Shown: in pieces, positions 27,551 through 36,056 of the stretch
How the letters are laid out: the number at the start of each line of letters is the position of its first letter
Position numbering within the stretch: the first letter of the stretch is position 1
Virus genome (UHGV): UHGV-0121358
Length of the DNA: 54,213 nt
Source: a virus
Strand: one strand, 5' to 3'
Program-made: the position numbers and the translations under genes
The notes under the pieces: model-generated
What the model was told of the DNA's origin: nothing
The model's input: the letters and a program-made list of their open reading frames with translations, nothing else
Databases searched by the model: none

Positions 27551-27575
27551 AGCAAAAACCCGGCGCGTGGCCGGG
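27551..27575 (-). terminator. rho-independent terminator immediately upstream of holin (tR'-like)
   Basis: Stem CCCGGC / GCCGGG with loop GCGTG, followed on the minus strand by TTTTTGCTTTG. Confidence 0.65.
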
Positions 27576-27638
27576 CAATTACAATTTCGCATTGTTAGGA
27601 AATATTTTAATCTATTTGTTTTTTATGCGCGATTATGG

Positions 27639-27836
27639 TTACAAATCACCAACCTTGCGCCAGTATCTATGATTAACCATCGTGATAACTTCTTTCGCTG
27701 TCATAGGTAAAAATGGCTCATGCCACCGATCAAGACTACCGAGGCGCATCAAAACGTGCTCACCTTCGAGGCGGTAATAAGCTCGCGTAGCCAATGACTG
27801 ATAAACGCCATCATATTCATGGTCGCTATTTCCCAT
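27639..27836 (-). CDS. hypothetical protein
   Basis: Track ORF; co-oriented with late operon; no recognised motif. Confidence 0.4.
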   Translation of the reverse strand: MGNSDHEYDGVYQSLATRAYYRLEGEHVLMRLGSLDRWHEPFLPMTAKEVITMVNHRYWRKVGDL

Positions 27837-28068
27837 TTTTACGCTCCTTAATGGCTCGCCTGATTTGCTCTGCCGTAGCGTCGAAGAAAGCGATAAACAC
27901 AGTCACAGGCCAAAAAGGAATCTCAAGTCCACCATGTTCGGCACCGCTAAACTTAATAAAACATGACATCAGGATCGCGCCAGCGATATAAAGCAAAACA
28001 GTCACAGCAATAAGGCATTCAATCATAATCATCGTCCTCGTCGTCATGTTCAGCCATGAAATCATCAA
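27826..28068 (-). CDS. hypothetical membrane protein
   Basis: Track ORF; two hydrophobic segments. Confidence 0.4.
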   Translation of the reverse strand: MMISWLNMTTRTMIMIECLIAVTVLLYIAGAILMSCFIKFSGAEHGGLEIPFWPVTVFIAFFDATAEQIRRAIKERKNGK

Positions 28069-28273
28069 CGTCGCGGTAAGTTATCGGCGGGATGTATTCG
28101 AAATCATCAGAATCAAGACCAAGCGTCCTGCTGTCGCCATCGTCATCAATCGTATTCATCCCTAACTCACCGAAAGGACCGTATCCAATGTGGCCCAGGT
28201 ATTCGCAACCAGTCGTAAAGCCAGGGTATTCACCTTTACACCTGATTTTGTATACCTTATTTGATGCGCTCAA
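28019..28273 (-). CDS. hypothetical protein, acidic C-terminus
   Basis: Track ORF; Asp/Glu-rich tail (EHDDEDDDYD). Confidence 0.4.
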   Translation of the reverse strand: MSASNKVYKIRCKGEYPGFTTGCEYLGHIGYGPFGELGMNTIDDDGDSRTLGLDSDDFEYIPPITYRDVDDFMAEHDDEDDDYD

Positions 28274-28580
28274 TTTTAATTCCCCCTTCTTCTCCTTCAG
28301 TCATTTTATATTCTGCCACTAGTTCAGCTCCAACCAATCCCACATCAGCATTAGCTATGCCAGGGAACGCCAGATAGGCAAAAATAAGGCTTTTAATTCT
28401 ATTCAGGTCTTCAAGATGGTCTGCATTAAAAGGCGGTTCAGATACGTGAAAGCATTTAACGTGCGCATCGTCTTCAGTAGCTACACGGAAACATACGCCA
28501 CGTTCACCTGCGAATTGTCCAATTTCTTTATCTTCTGGAAAATTGCCACGAAAAACCTTAACGCTGATAAACTTAGACAT
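28257..28580 (-). CDS. hypothetical protein
   Basis: Track ORF; tightly packed with neighbours. Confidence 0.45.
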   Translation of the reverse strand: MSKFISVKVFRGNFPEDKEIGQFAGERGVCFRVATEDDAHVKCFHVSEPPFNADHLEDLNRIKSLIFAYLAFPGIANADVGLVGAELVAEYKMTEGEEGGIKIERIK

Positions 28581-28603
28581 TTATTATTCCCCTTCGTAAT
28601 AAA

Positions 28604-28903
28604 TTAAAACTCCGCACCAGGTAAGCTACGCGCTTTATTTATAACATCTTGTTTTAACAATAATAGTGAGTGATAATGCATGTTAAACATGCTGCAAAGT
28701 GGCGTTTCACTATTTTCTGACTTAATTTTGAATAACTGGTTTGCAGTAAAAATCATGTCGTCGTCTGTTATGTATAACCAGTCTCCGCGCTTGCCAACTA
28801 CAACATGAGATTTTCCCCAACTGTCTTTAAATTCATAATCGCAGAAGGCATCACCTTTAGGCACTTCAACAAAACAGCACGCAATGAATTTATCGCTTTT
28901 CAT
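28604..28903 (-). CDS. hypothetical protein
   Basis: Track ORF 28604..28972 truncated to in-frame ATG at 28903 (MKSDKFIACC...). Confidence 0.4.
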   Translation of the reverse strand: MKSDKFIACCFVEVPKGDAFCDYEFKDSWGKSHVVVGKRGDWLYITDDDMIFTANQLFKIKSENSETPLCSMFNMHYHSLLLLKQDVINKARSLPGAEF

Positions 28904-28975
28904 GATTAAACCCTTCTGGCTTGATGGGGTCATTTGCCCCACTGGTTCGCATATCTTCCGTGAAAGTAACATTAA

Positions 28976-29227
28976 TCAGAAAACACCTTTATAATCGACA
29001 GTGTATTTTGCTACTAATTTCCATTCACAATAGTTTTCCATGTCGCGCGGTTGCCAGCCTTTCATGCCTACCGCACTCCGCGCACCGTGACGACGATAAT
29101 CATCGTTATAGTCAGCTATGCACCACGGCTGAAGTACAAACATATAATTGGCCTCGTTAACCAGGATCGCCATCTGCTTTCCTGTTGCCTTATCTTTCGC
29201 CCGGAAATAACTTACCCTGATTTTCAT
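28976..29227 (-). CDS. hypothetical protein
   Basis: Track ORF. Confidence 0.45.
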   Translation of the reverse strand: MKIRVSYFRAKDKATGKQMAILVNEANYMFVLQPWCIADYNDDYRRHGARSAVGMKGWQPRDMENYCEWKLVAKYTVDYKGVF

Positions 29228-29438
29228 TTTTAATTACCTCAATCAACATTTCTTCTTCCAGGTTAGCCGGACGTTTACGAAATATCCCGGCAAAAACCAG
29301 ATCGTCGAGTAGGTCTTTACGCTTAAATAACCACTCCTTCATTACCATCCCGTCGTCGCTGCGATATACAACGCCGTTTTTCAAAAAATAAAAAGTGTGG
29401 GTATTCGTCTGAAGGTATAGATCTTCGTAAACGTCCAT
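29190..29438 (-). CDS. hypothetical protein
   Basis: Track ORF 29190..29537 truncated to in-frame ATG at 29438 (MDVYEDLYLQ...). Confidence 0.4.
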   Translation of the reverse strand: MDVYEDLYLQTNTHTFYFLKNGVVYRSDDGMVMKEWLFKRKDLLDDLVFAGIFRKRPANLEEEMLIEVIKNENQGKLFPGER

Positions 29439-29442
29439 GATA

Positions 29443-29670
29443 TTAACCCTCGACCACTTGCAGCCCGCGCCCCTTGTCGCCAACGAAGTCACCCAGGCTG
29501 AACGTATACGACCACGCCGGATTGATGTAATGATCATCAGCGCCAGCGGCGATTAAATCAGCACCGTTAATCATGCAAGTGACATCATCGCTATGAACGA
29601 CATTAACGACCTTACCAACAACCTGTTTCAATGACGGATAACCGTGATCGTGCAAGAATTTGACTTTCAT
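29443..29670 (-). CDS. hypothetical protein
   Basis: Track ORF. Confidence 0.45.
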   Translation of the reverse strand: MKVKFLHDHGYPSLKQVVGKVVNVVHSDDVTCMINGADLIAAGADDHYINPAWSYTFSLGDFVGDKGRGLQVVEG

Positions 29671-29672
29671 CT

Positions 29673-29951
29673 TTACCCCTTATAAGTAACAGCATCAGAG
29701 ATCAACAACACCGCCAACATCTCACCGTCATGTAACGGATCTGGAATACCAAAAAATATATCGCTTTTACTGTCAGGCACTACTACGCGCATATTGCCTT
29801 GTTTATCTTCATGTACGAACCACGGCTTTTCGTGTGGCTCAAACATTCCAAAAAGCAATTTAAGATCTATCTCTTCACCCTTCGTGAATAACGATACATC
29901 CGTTGTAGCGATAACTAACGCTTTCTGATCTGCTGTTTTCTTTGTTCTCAT
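29673..29951 (-). CDS. hypothetical protein
   Basis: Track ORF; stop/start overlap with next gene. Confidence 0.45.
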   Translation of the reverse strand: MRTKKTADQKALVIATTDVSLFTKGEEIDLKLLFGMFEPHEKPWFVHEDKQGNMRVVVPDSKSDIFFGIPDPLHDGEMLAVLLISDAVTYKG

Positions 29952-30226
29952 TCTTCTGTCCCCCAGCGCTCAATGCTGATTAAAAAGTCCCGGATAGCGT
30001 GGCGCTCGTAGCGCGTTGGTTTACGCTTGCGGTATATTTTGAAATCGAACCATTCTTTTTCCTGCTCGAAATCCAGATCGTAAGCAAGCGCCTCAATGTA
30101 TCCGCATTCGTGATACTGGTATGCAACGCCAGCACGAACAAAAAAGCGGGTTTTATCCCGCTTGTGCTCATAGATACGCATATTTACCCCGTTATGCAGT
30201 TGTGTAGCTGTCAACCAGCTTTTCAT
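29948..30226 (-). CDS. hypothetical protein
   Basis: Track ORF. Confidence 0.45.
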   Translation of the reverse strand: MKSWLTATQLHNGVNMRIYEHKRDKTRFFVRAGVAYQYHECGYIEALAYDLDFEQEKEWFDFKIYRKRKPTRYERHAIRDFLISIERWGTEE

Positions 30227-30422
30227 CTTTCATTCTGGCAAGCTGGTCGATGTTCATCGTGTAGCCGCCATCGGAGAAAAGCAATTCCGCCGCTGCGCGA
30301 CGAAAAGCAATATCATCGTGGTTGCGTGTCCATGTAGCGATCACAACGCGTTTCCCGTTAGTGGCGAACATAGACAATTCATTATCAACTACGTCGATAG
30401 CCTGCCAGATTTTTAGCTCCAT
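30192..30422 (-). CDS. hypothetical protein
   Basis: Track ORF. Confidence 0.4.
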   Translation of the reverse strand: MELKIWQAIDVVDNELSMFATNGKRVVIATWTRNHDDIAFRRAAAELLFSDGGYTMNIDQLARMKDEKLVDSYTTA

Positions 30423-30778
30423 GATTTACCCCCGTAAATTTTGAATAATTCCCGTGCCTCCTGATCTCCAAATATCTTCATATGCAGGTCATGCAGTCGT
30501 CGCATTGTGCGGAAGCGCGGTCTAAATTCCTGACTTCGTTTAATGTATTTACCGCCAATTGAATAAATATGCCCGTATGCATACCATCTGTTTCCTACCC
30601 ATATGTCATATTCTTTGCCTTCGTAATTAAATTTGATTGTTAGCTCCCCGAATTCCATTATTAACCCTTTGTCGAGGATGTCATTAAGCATTTCGTCCCA
30701 TTCTTTCAGGAATGGTTGCTGATAAAAACCGAAAAGCGTATTTGCAGCGTGGCAAAGGTAATCAATGATTATTTGCAT
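30413..30778 (-). CDS. hypothetical protein
   Basis: Track ORF. Confidence 0.45.
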   Translation of the reverse strand: MQIIIDYLCHAANTLFGFYQQPFLKEWDEMLNDILDKGLIMEFGELTIKFNYEGKEYDIWVGNRWYAYGHIYSIGGKYIKRSQEFRPRFRTMRRLHDLHMKIFGDQEARELFKIYGGKSWS

Positions 30779-30782
30779 ATTA

Positions 30783-30998
30783 TCACCACATCATATAATA
30801 AACGTTATCGTTAGCTACTTCGTCGGCTCGTTCTTGTGTTAATAGCGGCGCACTTTCCATAAAAGCATCAAAATAATGCCACTTATAAACAAGCATACGC
30901 GCCCATTTGCGGCGCTGGCGCTTATTGTGTCGCAGATCATCAAAAGCCTTTAACGCTTTGTCATACGCCCTTACCAGGCGTTTACGGTTACTTTTCAT
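30783..30998 (-). CDS. hypothetical basic protein
   Basis: Track ORF. Confidence 0.4.
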   Translation of the reverse strand: MKSNRKRLVRAYDKALKAFDDLRHNKRQRRKWARMLVYKWHYFDAFMESAPLLTQERADEVANDNVYYMMW

Positions 30999-31203
30999 TT
31001 TTCACCCTTCCTATTTCCTTGATCTCAATATTGCGCAACCGGACGTCGCACGGCGTTTCAGATTTACCAGTAAGCGCCAGCGTCAGGTTTTCAGGTGTCG
31101 TGTAAAGAATTATCTCTTTACCAGTGCTAAATTTAATTTCTATGCGGATCTCGTTTTCATCACCGCACAATACGCGGCTAATTGACAGGCCAGCTTTTTT
31201 CAT
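30988..31203 (-). CDS. hypothetical protein
   Basis: Track ORF. Confidence 0.4.
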   Translation of the reverse strand: MKKAGLSISRVLCGDENEIRIEIKFSTGKEIILYTTPENLTLALTGKSETPCDVRLRNIEIKEIGRVKNEK

Positions 31204-31231
31204 TGCTCAACAAACCTTAAAATCTGTATTG

Positions 31232-31516
31232 CTAGTAAATATCACACTTTATTGCGAATACCTTCACCGGATCAGGGCCGAATAGTGGATGTTGAATCAA
31301 CTTGATTTCGTACCCCATGTAAGGCAATACGATAATCCGGTCTTTCTCATCATCCGATGGATAACCCCATTTAATGATTAATCTTGTGTACTCCCGCCCC
31401 TCCAGGCGTTTACGCCAGTATTCATTGTAAAGCCGGTATTCCTCAACCTTCTTCCCCGCCCGGATAGCGTGGAAGTATTCTCCTTTTAAATTCAAATGCA
31501 GGTGTTTATTTGCCAT
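31232..31516 (-). CDS. hypothetical protein, possibly ASCH/DUF3850-like
   Basis: Track ORF 31232..31549 truncated to ATG at 31516 (MANKHLHLNLKGEYFHAIRAGKKVEEYRL...); family guess from motif memory only. Confidence 0.4.
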   Translation of the reverse strand: MANKHLHLNLKGEYFHAIRAGKKVEEYRLYNEYWRKRLEGREYTRLIIKWGYPSDDEKDRIIVLPYMGYEIKLIQHPLFGPDPVKVFAIKCDIY

Positions 31517-31853
31517 CACTATCACCCTTAAAATATTGCTCAAGCGCACGTTTGACGTTCATTTCACGCTGATAATTGTTATCGCCGTAGATTGCGGCTG
31601 CCGATACGTGATCGATAATTTGCTGTAATAAATCAGGATGAATTTTTATTTTTTCATCAAGGACAATGCGCTCTGGTTCTTGCGCTACGGCGTTATCTTC
31701 AATAATTTCTATCTCACCACTACCACCGCATCGCGGACAAACAAACTTATCGCCTTGATACAGAAGGAGGCCGCAGCCTTTTTCAGTCTTAACAACCATG
31801 CCGTCGTCGTCGCAGTTTTCGCAATATAACCAACCGATATTAATCATTTTCAT
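31506..31853 (-). CDS. zinc-ribbon protein (CxxC...CxxC)
   Basis: Track ORF 31506..31913 truncated to ATG at 31853 with AAGGGG SD; CENC-x19-CPRC. Confidence 0.45.
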   Translation of the reverse strand: MKMINIGWLYCENCDDDGMVVKTEKGCGLLLYQGDKFVCPRCGGSGEIEIIEDNAVAQEPERIVLDEKIKIHPDLLQQIIDHVSAAAIYGDNNYQREMNVKRALEQYFKGDSDGK

Positions 31854-32040
31854 TGTCGCCCCTTTTATAGATATGCACTGGCTTAACAGGGATGGCGGGC
31901 AATTCGCCATCATTTAACGCGCTTGCCATACCCAATATTAAGCGCGCTTCAGCACCAGTGACTTTTTTTACAACATGCGCCGCCTGTTTTATCTTCGAAT
32001 AAGATAACGGCAAACTGATCGTTTATTTCCAGTTTATCCA

Positions 32041-32763
32041 TCATTCACCTCGCGTCACTCGTTTAATTTCGTTATCAGCCCGCGCCTCTTCTTTGAACAA
32101 TTCAGCGATGGCGTCTTCATAGAAAACCCGGTATTTTTTCCACCATGTTGATCGGCTTACCGGAAATACAAGCTGATTAACCGCACGCCGGACAAGATCT
32201 ACAGGGAAACGCGAGTACCCGCGCCCGCCGCAATGCTGGCACGTTTTGAACACTGGCATTTCCGCTGCTTCACTGGCTGCTTTATCCGGTATCTCGCCGC
32301 GCCCTTTGCATCGTTTACAATGATTGCGAACTTTTCCATGCCCCTTGCATTTTTTGCAAAGGTGTTTTTCTCCGTAGTCGTCAAACGTAAATTTATATCC
32401 GCCGCAATCCATACAAGTTTTTTCTGTCGCGGCACTCTGGCAGTAATCCCGAAACGCGAAAACGGCAACAAGAATAATAAGATCATTGCGTTTGTCCTCG
32501 TCCAGCTCCATGACGTATTCGTAATCTTTTGCCATAGCTCTTAAACGCTCTGTAAGCAAAACTACGGCCCTGTGTTTTTCGGCTTGCGATAGTTCCATCT
32601 TCCCTAAAAAAGCGCTGTAACCAAGCTCTACGCGCGATTGCGCCATACCTGCAGCGGTTAGCGCATCAGTCGTATTAAGCGCATCCGGGGATGTGCCCCG
32701 GCTTTCGTCTGATAATCGCGGTGATTTGGGAAAGTGGAATTTCAGAATGGATTCTAAATTCAT
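32041..32763 (-). CDS. Q: late-gene antiterminator Q (lambda Q family)
   Basis: Track ORF; N-terminus MNLESILKFHFPKSPRLSDESRGTSPD...AAGMAQS and C-terminal Cys-rich motifs (CKRCKGRG, CQHCGGRGYSRFP) match my recollection of lambda Q. Confidence 0.8.
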   Translation of the reverse strand: MNLESILKFHFPKSPRLSDESRGTSPDALNTTDALTAAGMAQSRVELGYSAFLGKMELSQAEKHRAVVLLTERLRAMAKDYEYVMELDEDKRNDLIILVAVFAFRDYCQSAATEKTCMDCGGYKFTFDDYGEKHLCKKCKGHGKVRNHCKRCKGRGEIPDKAASEAAEMPVFKTCQHCGGRGYSRFPVDLVRRAVNQLVFPVSRSTWWKKYRVFYEDAIAELFKEEARADNEIKRVTRGE

Positions 32764-32945
32764 TATTTCCCCCCGTAACGAGCAATAAGTTGTTTACGAT
32801 CAGAAATAGACTGGACTAACTTTTTCTCAAGCTCTTTCAATGCAAGCAATTCGCGCATATGAAAAGCCCGGATTTGTCGGACTGTAGCTAAATCATGCTC
32901 ATCGCGCTGAATATCTATTTGCAGATCTTTAACTTCGTTTTTCAT
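32763..32945 (-). CDS. hypothetical coiled-coil protein
   Basis: Track ORF; overlaps neighbours by 1-4 nt. Confidence 0.4.
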   Translation of the reverse strand: MKNEVKDLQIDIQRDEHDLATVRQIRAFHMRELLALKELEKKLVQSISDRKQLIARYGGK

Positions 32946-33349
32946 TGCTCACCCCACATATTAGTCGCGTATTCGTCAATATCCGGTAGTAGGTCGCCGC
33001 GTTCGCGGATCTTAATAAACAAGCGTCCGCCTTTTACCTTCCGGCAGCGGACAATTTTTATTGAGTCAATTTGTCCATCATCTTTCCAAAATCCGGCATA
33101 AGTAAGGCTGTCAAATAGGCATTTAGGGATATTATCAAGATCCCTGGTCCGGTTATCAGGCGGCGCGGCATAAATGGCGATTGCCAGTCGGCAAGACAGG
33201 TTAATGTCTAGATTTAATAATTCGATGATGTCTTTTACTTGTTCCCGGTATTCCTTCCCCACTTCGCTGATATAGTGAAAACCCCGTGAATGTCGGTAAT
33301 AGCGGTTATTCGATGGCGGGTAAGGCAGGCTAAAAGTATATTCATTCAT
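32942..33349 (-). CDS. rusA: Holliday-junction resolvase RusA
   Basis: Track ORF; LPYPPSNNRYYR...RDLDNIPKCLFDSLTYAGFWKDDGQI matches the RusA family signature (E. coli RusA LPWPPSNNRYYR). Confidence 0.85.
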   Translation of the reverse strand: MNEYTFSLPYPPSNNRYYRHSRGFHYISEVGKEYREQVKDIIELLNLDINLSCRLAIAIYAAPPDNRTRDLDNIPKCLFDSLTYAGFWKDDGQIDSIKIVRCRKVKGGRLFIKIRERGDLLPDIDEYATNMWGEQ

Positions 33350-33951
33350 GCTGCCTTTCTCCTTAAGGCGTCCAATTTCGCCTGATAGATGTTTATTAGC
33401 TCCTTACATTCTGCGATCGTCCATTTATGCGTATCATTGTTGTTTTCCAGTGCTACCACCCTTGCGAGGCCAATTTTTCGAATCAGTGCCGGGCGATACC
33501 CTCCGATGCTGCCGTCTAGTGTCTGGTTGCAGTGCCTACATTGCTTATGGCAATTATCCTCGTTGAAGCGAAGGTGTCCGGCGGCGGCTACCGTCCTGTA
33601 ATGACCTGCATCCCACCCGCATTGCTCACCGTAGTAAGTCCCGCAAGATATACACGGCAAGCGCGCGTCACGTTCGCGAATATAGGCGTTAAATACATTT
33701 TGAACTTGTTTGATCCAATAACTACGCGGATTTAACTGTTTACGCTTCCGGTTGCGTTCTTCCCTCTGGCTATCACGGCGTTTCTTCCGCTCCATAGCCT
33801 TCATAGCCTTCTCACGGTCGCGGCATAGCTGGTCAAACTTCAGTTCTTCCAGACATTCATCGCTGCACCACGTTTGATTGTGATATTTAGGCTCAAAAAA
33901 AACGCCGCAGCATTTGCAACGGCGTCTTATTGGTTTCTTAGGGTTTTGCAT
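33346..33951 (-). CDS. ninG: NinG (Rap) recombination protein
   Basis: Track ORF 33346..34041 truncated to ATG at 33951 with GGGGTGG SD; RRRCKCCG...PRSYWIKQVQ...FNAYIRERDARLPCISCGT...WDAGHYRT...HKQC...WTIAECK matches lambda NinG as recalled. Confidence 0.85.
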   Translation of the reverse strand: MQNPKKPIRRRCKCCGVFFEPKYHNQTWCSDECLEELKFDQLCRDREKAMKAMERKKRRDSQREERNRKRKQLNPRSYWIKQVQNVFNAYIRERDARLPCISCGTYYGEQCGWDAGHYRTVAAAGHLRFNEDNCHKQCRHCNQTLDGSIGGYRPALIRKIGLARVVALENNNDTHKWTIAECKELINIYQAKLDALRRKAA

Positions 33952-33965
33952 AAAAACCACCCCGA

Positions 33966-34142
33966 TTATTCTTGATTCTCTGTTTCGTTCAGCCTTTCGG
34001 CGTGTCCAGCCCTTAGCAAGCGATCTACGCATTCGTTGCACTCGTTACATTCTCCCTTCTTCGTGCTGCATACACTGCACATTGCACGCATGACACTTTC
34101 CCGTTCATAGTCGTCATGCCATTGGTAATTCTCAAAAGACAT
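33966..34142 (-). CDS. ninF: NinF-like Cys-rich small protein (58 aa)
   Basis: Own translation (below track cutoff); AAGGAGAGAG SD; MSFENYQWHDDYERESVMRAMCSVCSTKKGECNECNEC...; RESVMRAMCSVC resembles lambda NinF (KESVERALTCANC). Confidence 0.5.
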   Translation of the reverse strand: MSFENYQWHDDYERESVMRAMCSVCSTKKGECNECNECVDRLLRAGHAERLNETENQE

Positions 34143-34302
34143 AATGCTCTCTCCTTTTTCAGGTGATTTTTACGCATTTCAGCGTTACCGGATTTTTAAA
34201 GAGCATTTTGTTTGTTTGAAGTATACAAAACGGATACATGCGAACAAACAATAAAGCGCCATTATGTGATCCGCATCACACAATGACGCCATTTTGTAAA
34301 CA

Positions 34303-35067
34303 TCAATCCGGTAAAACGCGGTTAAGAGTAGTCCGCGTGATTGCCCGGTCATTAGCCAGGAATACAGCACGGGCGAATCCTCGCGGCGTGAGTGAGCGGA
34401 TCATCTTAGTGCGCTTCGACTTCCCGCCTAACTTCGCGTGCTGCTTACTATCTTCCCACTCATCAGGCATTGGTACAGGCCGAAATAGCGGCTGTTTAAA
34501 TCCGTTGCCGCACCAGATACAAGTTTTCTTCGTGTAGGCGTCGCGGTCGGCGATGTATTCCGGGAAAGCTGGATGCTTATCATCTTCCGGCAGGTAGCCA
34601 CCGTAAGCGCACGGATTAAAAATGAAATCCGGCTTACGCCATAACGTTGACAGTGCTCCAACCGGGTTTTCCACCATCCACGGGACGTGGTACATGTCAG
34701 CAAGCGTTTCTACCAGTTTTGCGTTGTATGCCGCCTTCTGCTGGAAGTAAGGATCTTTTTCACGCTTGCTTGAAAACCAACGAGCGCCGGACACCGCAAG
34801 ATCGTCGCACGGAGGAAAGCCCAGGATAATGTCAGGATCTGGATAAACAGACAATTCAGGGGAGAACATTACCAGGAAATGGCTGTCAATCCATACGTTG
34901 ACATATTCAATGTTAGGATGAATGATCTTGACGCCTTCATAATCGCCATGATTAGCGCCGTCATAATTGAAACAATAACACTTATAGCCAGCGTCGGCCC
35001 AATCTTTAACGGCGTACCCGCTGCCGTCGTACAGCGACCACACCACCCAATTTCTAAGCCCACTCAT
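34303..35067 (-). CDS. C5 cytosine DNA methyltransferase-like protein (noncanonical PCD motif)
   Basis: Track ORF; motif-IV-like GFPPCDDLAVSG and motif-VI-like VENPVG; 254 aa is short for a C5-MTase. Confidence 0.5.
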   Translation of the reverse strand: MSGLRNWVVWSLYDGSGYAVKDWADAGYKCYCFNYDGANHGDYEGVKIIHPNIEYVNVWIDSHFLVMFSPELSVYPDPDIILGFPPCDDLAVSGARWFSSKREKDPYFQQKAAYNAKLVETLADMYHVPWMVENPVGALSTLWRKPDFIFNPCAYGGYLPEDDKHPAFPEYIADRDAYTKKTCIWCGNGFKQPLFRPVPMPDEWEDSKQHAKLGGKSKRTKMIRSLTPRGFARAVFLANDRAITRTTLNRVLPD

Positions 35068-35639
35068 TTCCTACCCTCGAACGTAAAATAGCGACGAATG
35101 ATGATAGTGATCACCGTTACAGCCGCCATTTTTGAGATGAATTGCATAGCTGATATTTCCGGCATAAATGCCATAAACGATAGCGTGGGAAAAATTAACG
35201 CATCACCAATGGCGGACGCTATATTCGCAGGCCAGCGTTTTGAATCGAAATCGCCAGGTAAAATCCGGTAAACACCGCCAGAAATAAGCGCACCGGAAAC
35301 AACCGCGACGAATGACGCGATCGCCACCATCCCGGCATCGTAGTTTATCAGCACCGTGATTGCGCCAGCGGCGGCGCATGTTGTAGCCGACCATTTCAGG
35401 CCGCCGTCATATAACAGGAAGTCACGGATCATCATATTGACGCACACGGCGGCTACCGTGGTGATCGGAATTACCCACGGGCCGCAGTGGTTAACAATAA
35501 GGTTAATGATCACGAAAACGGCGACATAAATGCAGGCCAATAACCTGTCAATTGTCACCCTTTCCATTTTTATGATACCCCGCCGCGCGTAGTAGTGATT
35601 CGTTATCACACTTACCATCAAGCCTGTTTGCAAGGACAC
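35064..35639 (-). CDS. integral membrane protein, unknown function
   Basis: Track ORF; several hydrophobic segments; start uncertain (M1, M8 or M25). Confidence 0.5.
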   Translation of the reverse strand: MSLQTGLMVSVITNHYYARRGIIKMERVTIDRLLACIYVAVFVIINLIVNHCGPWVIPITTVAAVCVNMMIRDFLLYDGGLKWSATTCAAAGAITVLINYDAGMVAIASFVAVVSGALISGGVYRILPGDFDSKRWPANIASAIGDALIFPTLSFMAFMPEISAMQFISKMAAVTVITIIIRRYFTFEGRK

Positions 35640-35705
35640 TATTTAGCGTTACCTTGCTGCTGGCGATTAAGTCGCCTGGTATTGAGGCATTCTTACAGCC
35701 GCAAT

Positions 35706-36056
35706 TTAACGGTATATCAAAACAGCCCGTTTCTTTCTTTGGGCTTCCTCCCGCTCCGTTAATATTTGCTCCGCTTTTAGCGCGTTATAGCTAATCAAAT
35801 CAATTAGCGTGTCTGTCGGATCTGATTTATTGCTTAAAATGGCCTCTAAACGCGCCTCCTTGAGACAAATTAGCAGATCCCATACATCAAGCGGGGTTAA
35901 ATCTGCTCCCTTCTTAGCGTTGTAAATAGTGGCTATTTTTGGCGCTGATTTTTCCTCTTTTTTGTCGTAGCCGTTTTGTTTACCTCTTTGCTCTATGGTT
36001 TCCGCTGCAAGTCTCAATAAATCTGCTGCCTTAGTCATTATCTGCACCTCTTGCAT
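35706..36056 (-). CDS. hypothetical protein
   Basis: Track ORF; overlaps 3' end of methyltransferase gene. Confidence 0.45.
   Translation of the reverse strand: MQEVQIMTKAADLLRLAAETIEQRGKQNGYDKKEEKSAPKIATIYNAKKGADLTPLDVWDLLICLKEARLEAILSNKSDPTDTLIDLISYNALKAEQILTEREEAQRKKRAVLIYR

Noticed and set aside
35064-35639. Idea that the membrane protein is a YhhQ-type queuosine-precursor transporter marking a 7-deazaguanine modification cluster
   Set aside because: I could not match YhhQ signature blocks from memory and no DpdA/QueC/QueD/QueE/FolE-like genes are nearby; kept as a generic membrane protein.
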